Source of the DNA: Parvularia atlantis
Taxonomy: Eukaryota
Reading direction: 5' to 3'
NCBI GenBank assembly: GCA_943704415.1
Contig: CALSCO010001040.1
Location: 1-35,001 of the forward strand
DNA length: 35,001 nt
Part shown: in pieces, positions 30,015-35,001 of the stretch
Position numbering within the stretch: the first letter of the stretch is position 1
How the letters are laid out: each line of letters starts with the position of its first letter
Notes under the pieces: generated by a model
Told to the model about the DNA's origin: nothing
Seen by the model: only the letters and a program-made list of their open reading frames with translations
Databases searched by the model: none
Translations under genes and position numbers: made by a program

Positions 30015-33000
30015 TCACTGCGGCAGGCCTGGGCGCGCCTTGCTGTGCACGACCGACGCCATGACCGAGAACCGGCGCGAGCCGGTGGGCTGCGTCACCG
30101 GCGGCGAGATGTAGACGACCTCGCCGATGAGCCACTCGATGCCCCTGCACGCGCGCGCGCGCGAGAGTGAGCGTCAGGGGCGACCGCGATCGCGCACTCG
30201 CAGCCGGCCGCGCACCGCGGGTCGTCCACGGGCACGTCGTCGAGCATGTACTCGTCGTCGCTCAGGGGCTGGGCGAGGAGGGACGGTGTTAGTAGGCACG
30301 GCCTGCACGCGGTCGGCACGCCGCGCACCGCAAACGCCGCAAACGTGCCCTGCTGCGTCGGCAGGAAGAGCACGCGGTCGCCGACGTCAAAGCTGCGCGG
30401 GGGCGGCCACGCGTGAGCATGCGGCGCTGGCTCGGCGCGAGGCACGCCGCGCACCTCGACACGGACACCTGCGCCTTGTTTGGGTTCGCCGGGGCAACGC
30501 TGCGCCGCCGCCGTCAGATGCGCGCCACAAGCACGAACGGCGACCACGCACGGCTCCGGGTGCGGCTCACGGGGCGCCTGGAAGCTGTTCTCCTGCAGGG
30601 CATGAATAATGCCTTGCAGCTGTGCGTCCGCGCGCCGTCGTCAGTGCCGTCCACCGTCGAAGCGCCGCCTTTCGACGCCCCGCACCTGCGTATTCTCCTC
30701 CGAGACCTTCTGCAGTTGCCGGTCGCGCGCGTCAACGTGGCTCCTGAGTTCGCGCGCGCGGTCCTCGGCCGCCTTGAGCTCCTGCGATCGGCTGCATGAG
30801 CCGAGCGAGCCGGCCCGGCGCAGCGGGGCGCACCGCAGCGGCCTGCCGATACGCCTGTCGCAGCGCCTCCATCTGCGCATCAAACGACTCCTTTTGCTGC
30901 AATGCGATGCGAGCGCGCGGTGGTGGTCAGGGTTCCGCGCGCACGCGCAAGCACGCTCTGCGTCGCACGCACGTGCATCAGCTTGCGCTCCTGCTCCGCC
31001 ACCTCGCCCGCCAGCTGCTCCACACGCTCCTTGTTGTCGCGCAGCTCGCTGCGCGTAAGGTTGAGGTCGGTCGTCTGCGCCCTGGAGTACGCGCGAAGGA
31101 GCATGTCAGCGGGCCGTGACGGCGACAAAACGCCGCGGCGCACCCGATGTTGGCGTTGAGCATCTGGTTCATCTCCACCAGCTTCGCAACCTTCTGGTCG
31201 CGCTCGTGCAGGCCGGTCTCGCTCTTGGCCACTTGCACATGCAGGGCATTGATCTGCTCGTTCAGCTTCGAGACGGCCGACTGCTGGTTGAGCGCCCCCT
31301 CCTGGCGCGCCACCTCGAGCGCCGTCTCCAACCGGTGCACGGTGTCGTTGCGCTCGATCTCGAGCGTCTTCTTCTGGTGAGTTAGCAGGGCGTTGTCGTC
31401 CTTTGCCTGCTCCAGCAGCGCCTGCACCGCCCCGTCAGCGTGGCTGTACTGCTTTACCCCGCACGCACCGCCATCTCTACGCGCGACCGCTCCAGTACCT
31501 GCACGCTCGCCCGCAGCTCCTGCTCGACCGCCTGCGCACCGTCAGCGTAAGACGATGACCGGCAGTAGCTGCTGCCGCCGCGGACCGAGGCCTCGGCGAG
31601 GTGTGCGAGCAGCGACGCGCCCTCGGCCTGCACGCTGGTGAGCCCAGCCGATGCTGCGTCGAGCTCCTTGCGGCAGTTCTGCAGGTCGAGCTGCGTCTTC
31701 GTGCTCACGGCCTGCGACTCGCCCATGGAGTGCTGCACGTCGTCGAGCGCCTTTTGCATCTCCTGGACGCGCGCGGCCAGCTTGGCCTGCATGGCGTGTC
31801 AGCGGCGCAGGGCTAGGCGTGATCGCACGCGCCTTCTCCTGCTCGCCCGCGGCCAGCTGCGCGTGCAGGGCTTCGTTGCTCGCCTTCTGCAGCTGCAGCT
31901 CGTCCGAGATCTTGTTGACGCGCTCCTCCAGCGCCGCGATCGCCTCTGCCGCACGCCGCTCCTGCTCCTGCAGCCCACGCATGAGCGGCGTGGTTTGAGA
32001 CACGGGGCGCGCGCACCTCGGCCGCCTTGCGCTGCGTCTCCTCCTTCGTCGTCGTCACGTACAAGAAGTCGTTGTCGTTGCGCTCCTTCTCGTCCTGCAG
32101 TTCCTTGATCTTGGCCTGCGCGTCGCGCAGCTGCGCCTGCATGCCCTCGTGCGTCTCGAGCAGGTCGGCCACGCGCGCCTCGCGCTCGCGCAGCGTCTCC
32201 TTCATTTGCGACTGCGACGACTGCAGCTGTGCGCCCTCCTCGCCCAGCGCGGCCGCCTGCCGCTGCAGCTCCTCCAGCTGGCGCTGCAGCTCTGCGCGGG
32301 CCGTCTCGGCGTTGTCGCGGGCCGAGCGCGCCTCGGCCAGCTCACGTGTCAGGACGGGCACGCGCTCGCGCAGCTCGTCGCCTGCGCCGGCGTCAGCACA
32401 GATGCAGTCGCAGTCGCATGCGGCCCACGCACGCTCACGCTGGGCGCTCGCGAGCTCGGCGCGCGCCGTCTGCAGCGCAATCGACGCCTCGAGGTTCTGC
32501 GGCACACGAGTGCGCGTGAGACAGGCACCTGCGCGCGTGTCAGCACGCCACACACGGGCTGCTCGACGACGTGGAAGTCGGACGCGGAGATCGTCCCCGA
32601 GCGCGCGCCCTCGGCCGTTTGCACGCGCAGCTGCAGGGCGCGGACTGCGCAAGAGGGCGAGCGTCTCCGTCAGCACGCGTGCGCGCGCGCCGCACGGGCT
32701 CGCAGAGGGCGTACTCTCGCCGTCCTTCTGCCGGATGGTCTTGTACACCTGCTGCAGCTCCTCCTCCTTGTCCTTGAGCGCCTGGCGCAGGTCGCCACTG
32801 GCCTCAACGGGCGTCTGCGGGCCGTTGAGCACTGCGCGCCAGCGTCAGGGCTGCGTGCGCACGTGTGCGTCCGTCCATGTACGGCGCGCACTGGAGAAGT
32901 TTTGGCGGAACTGCACCAGGTCGCTCAGGCGCTTGTTGGTCATCTCGGCGTTGAGGTAGTTGACGGCGTCGCGCAAGTGGTCGAAGCGCTCAAGCGAGCG

Positions 33001-35001
33001 GATGTACGCTGTGCCGCCGTACGCCTGGTCAGCGTGCCAGGCCATGCGCGGGCAACGGGGCATGGGCGCACCCTGAACGTCCTCGGGGCGCACGACTGCG
33101 CGCACGCGCGTGGCCTCGGGCGGCGTCACCTGCACGCGCACGTCCACTGCGTGCGGTGCATGAGCCATGGGCACGGGCGTCGATGCGAGAGCCAAAAACT
33201 CACCGATCGGTGCGACGACGCGCTCGGCCTCGGGGCGCAGCATGACGCGCTCGAGCAGTGGCAGCGACTCGCGGCTGCGGCGCTCGACCTCGGACTGCGT
33301 GAGCGCGCGCAGCATCTGGCCGCTCTGGCCGCCCTCGGCTTGCAGCAGCTGCGCGGCGTGCGACGGTCGACGTCAGGCGCGACGCGAGCAGCAGCATCGC
33401 CGCCGGCACCTGGTTGAAGAGGTTCTGGCGCAGAAGCTCGATCAGCACCAGGCCGTAGTTGAGCGGGAGCTCGAGCAGCTGCCGGCACTGGTGGGCGTGC
33501 GTGTGCGGCGGCTCAGCCCGCGCCAGGGTGCCTCTGTGCGACGGCGCCACTCACCGTGGTCGTCAGCTCGCCGCGCACGACGTTCTCGTAGCTGGCGATG
33601 TTGCTGTCAAGGTTGATCATCTCCATTGGCGAGGCCTGCGACTGGAACACGGTGCTGACGCGGCGCGAGATTTCACTCTGCGCGCGGTGTGTGTCAGCGC
33701 AAATGCACGGGGCGCAGGGCCGCCGCCGCGCCTGCTGCGTGGTCAGCGCCTGAACGGTGTCGAAGGCCTTGCGGTACTCGCTGACGCTCACCTTGACCAG
33801 CTGCTCGATGCGCGCGACGGCCGTCTGTGCGCCGCTGCGCATGAGTGACACGCGCACGCCAGAGTGCGCGCATGCCTGGCGCTGCTGCGGGTTCGTGACC
33901 GTCTTGGGCCACTGCGTCCGTTCTGTCTCGAGGGCCTCGTTGGCCTGCCCGAGCTGGCGCCTGCTTTCGTCGAGCTGCTGCAAGAGGCGCTGCACCCCCG
34001 CGACCAGGCTGCCGGCCGCCGTCGTCAGCACCGCGCACGACGAGGGGTCGCACGCACTTGTCGCCCCCGAGGTACGCCTGCATCACGCGCGCGGCGCTCG
34101 AGCGGTAGCGCGCGAGCACCTCTGGCATGCGGTTGACGTTGCGGCGCGTCTTGCCCTTGATGCGCTTGGCTGACGCGCACGCACGCGAGACTGTTCAGCG
34201 CACTGCACGGCCTGTGCAGACCGCGCAGCACAACGCACCGCCCCGCTCGTCGCGCTCCTCCTGCTCGCTCATGTGCGACTGGAGCGTCGCGAGCCTCTGC
34301 TGGCCGACCGCCTGCGACCGTGCTCAGCGGAGAAAATCCCCCACTCTCGCCTCCCTCCAAGACGCACCGTGTCGGCCAGCGAGCCGGTGCCAACGGCAGG
34401 ATGCACGAGTATGCTGCTCAGGCCCATCTCGTTGATCAGGCTGTACTGCGCGCCGATGCTGTTGAACCTCTCCTGCAGCGCCGGCAGATGCTGCGCGACG
34501 AGACTGGTGTGCGTCGCCGTTGTGAGCCGTGCCCGTCCGCTCTCCGCCCGGCGAGCACGCACTCGCTGTGCCGCTGGCTCTCGCGGATCCAGTCGTGCGC
34601 GGCGCCGTCCTGGCGCTGCGACGCCTGGCCGCTCGCGAAGCCGCTTCGGATGAGGTCGTTGGCGCTGCGGCTGACGTCCTGGCCGCGACGCGCGCACTCT
34701 TCTCGTCAGCACTGCATGCCGCTAGCGCGTGCGCGGGCACACGCACCTGCATGCTCTGTAGCGTGTTGTTGACCTGCGCGTCCGTCAGGCGGGCCCAGTC
34801 GGCGGCCTGCACCTGCGTCAGGAACGTCTCAACTGTCGGCCCCGCGGTCAGCCCCGTGCAGCACGTCGCATCCGCGCAGCAGGAGCGCGCACCGGACGCG
34901 TCGCGCGCGAGCGAGGGCGCAGGGCGCGGCGGGGCGGCGGCGGCGGCGTCGCCCAGCGTGCTCATGACGACATCGTCGTTCTGGTGGTGGTGGTGGTGGG
35001 G
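30015..35001 (-). CDS. ATG11: ATG11 / RB1CC1 (FIP200)-like autophagy scaffold; 5' end lies outside the window
   Basis: Contains LSSILVHPA, LLELPLNYGLVLIELLRQNLF (ATG11/FIP200 P..Y....E..RR..F), a long coiled coil, and a C-terminal claw-like region VSVSSFDVGDRVLFLP....FAAF...Y.L...WLIGEVVYI. Stop at 30015-30017. Confidence 0.78.

Noticed and set aside
29951..30018. GTGAGT donor overlapping the ATG11 stop codon, suggesting an ATG11-DNAJC11 fusion
   Set aside because: Splicing to the nearby CAG or AAG acceptors does not enter the DNAJC11 frame, and no clear branch motif is present.
9..34745. Introns as a recently spread Introner transposon family
   Set aside because: They share only splice signals and composition. 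I saw no near-identical intron bodies or terminal inverted repeats, although an all-versus-all alignment was not possible.
1..35001. Hundreds of long overlapping Arg/Ala/Pro-rich ORFs on both strands
   Set aside because: These are expected from very high GC content (few stop codons) and read-through of short introns. The spliced models explain the coding signal.
2332..35001. TSC1 and ATG11 in one window as a TOR/autophagy cluster
   Set aside because: They are 23 kb apart with 12 unrelated genes between them, which is compatible with chance.
1..35001. Alternative genetic code or non-AG splice acceptors
   Set aside because: The genes I traced translate with the standard code, TAA, TAG and TGA all serve as stops, and the introns I checked resolve as GT-AG or GC-AG.

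Overview
This window is eukaryotic nuclear DNA from a very GC-rich, extremely compact, intron-dense genome, most likely a unicellular protist. Because of the many introns, the raw ORF track is mostly misleading. Introns are mostly about 45-75 nt, with GTGCGC/GCGCGC-type donors, a GCTGAC/GCTCAC branch motif close to a CAG (sometimes AAG) acceptor, and usually no polypyrimidine tract. Manual splicing gives 17 protein genes: RCHY1/Pirh2-like (3' part), HDHD3-like, TMEM42-like, TSC1, an orphan, a caspase-like C14 peptidase, a vWA protein, NmrA-like, a silicon-transporter-like (SIT-L) protein, NOP14, coronin, a FAM173-like methyltransferase, a probable mitochondrial orphan, a SYP7-type SNARE, RPS20, DNAJC11 and ATG11/RB1CC1 (3' part). 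Intergenic gaps run from zero to about 430 bp. The main highlights are: (1) a SIT-L with a variant EGTM motif behind the largest, TATA-containing promoter; (2) two divergent genes whose start codons share one CATG palindrome; (3) a nearly intronless caspase-like gene with a possible Z-alpha-like winged-helix N-terminus; (4) frequent GC-AG introns; and (5) a TGTAC(A) motif in tiny convergent 3' gaps. All family calls come from recognising motifs by eye; no database search was run.
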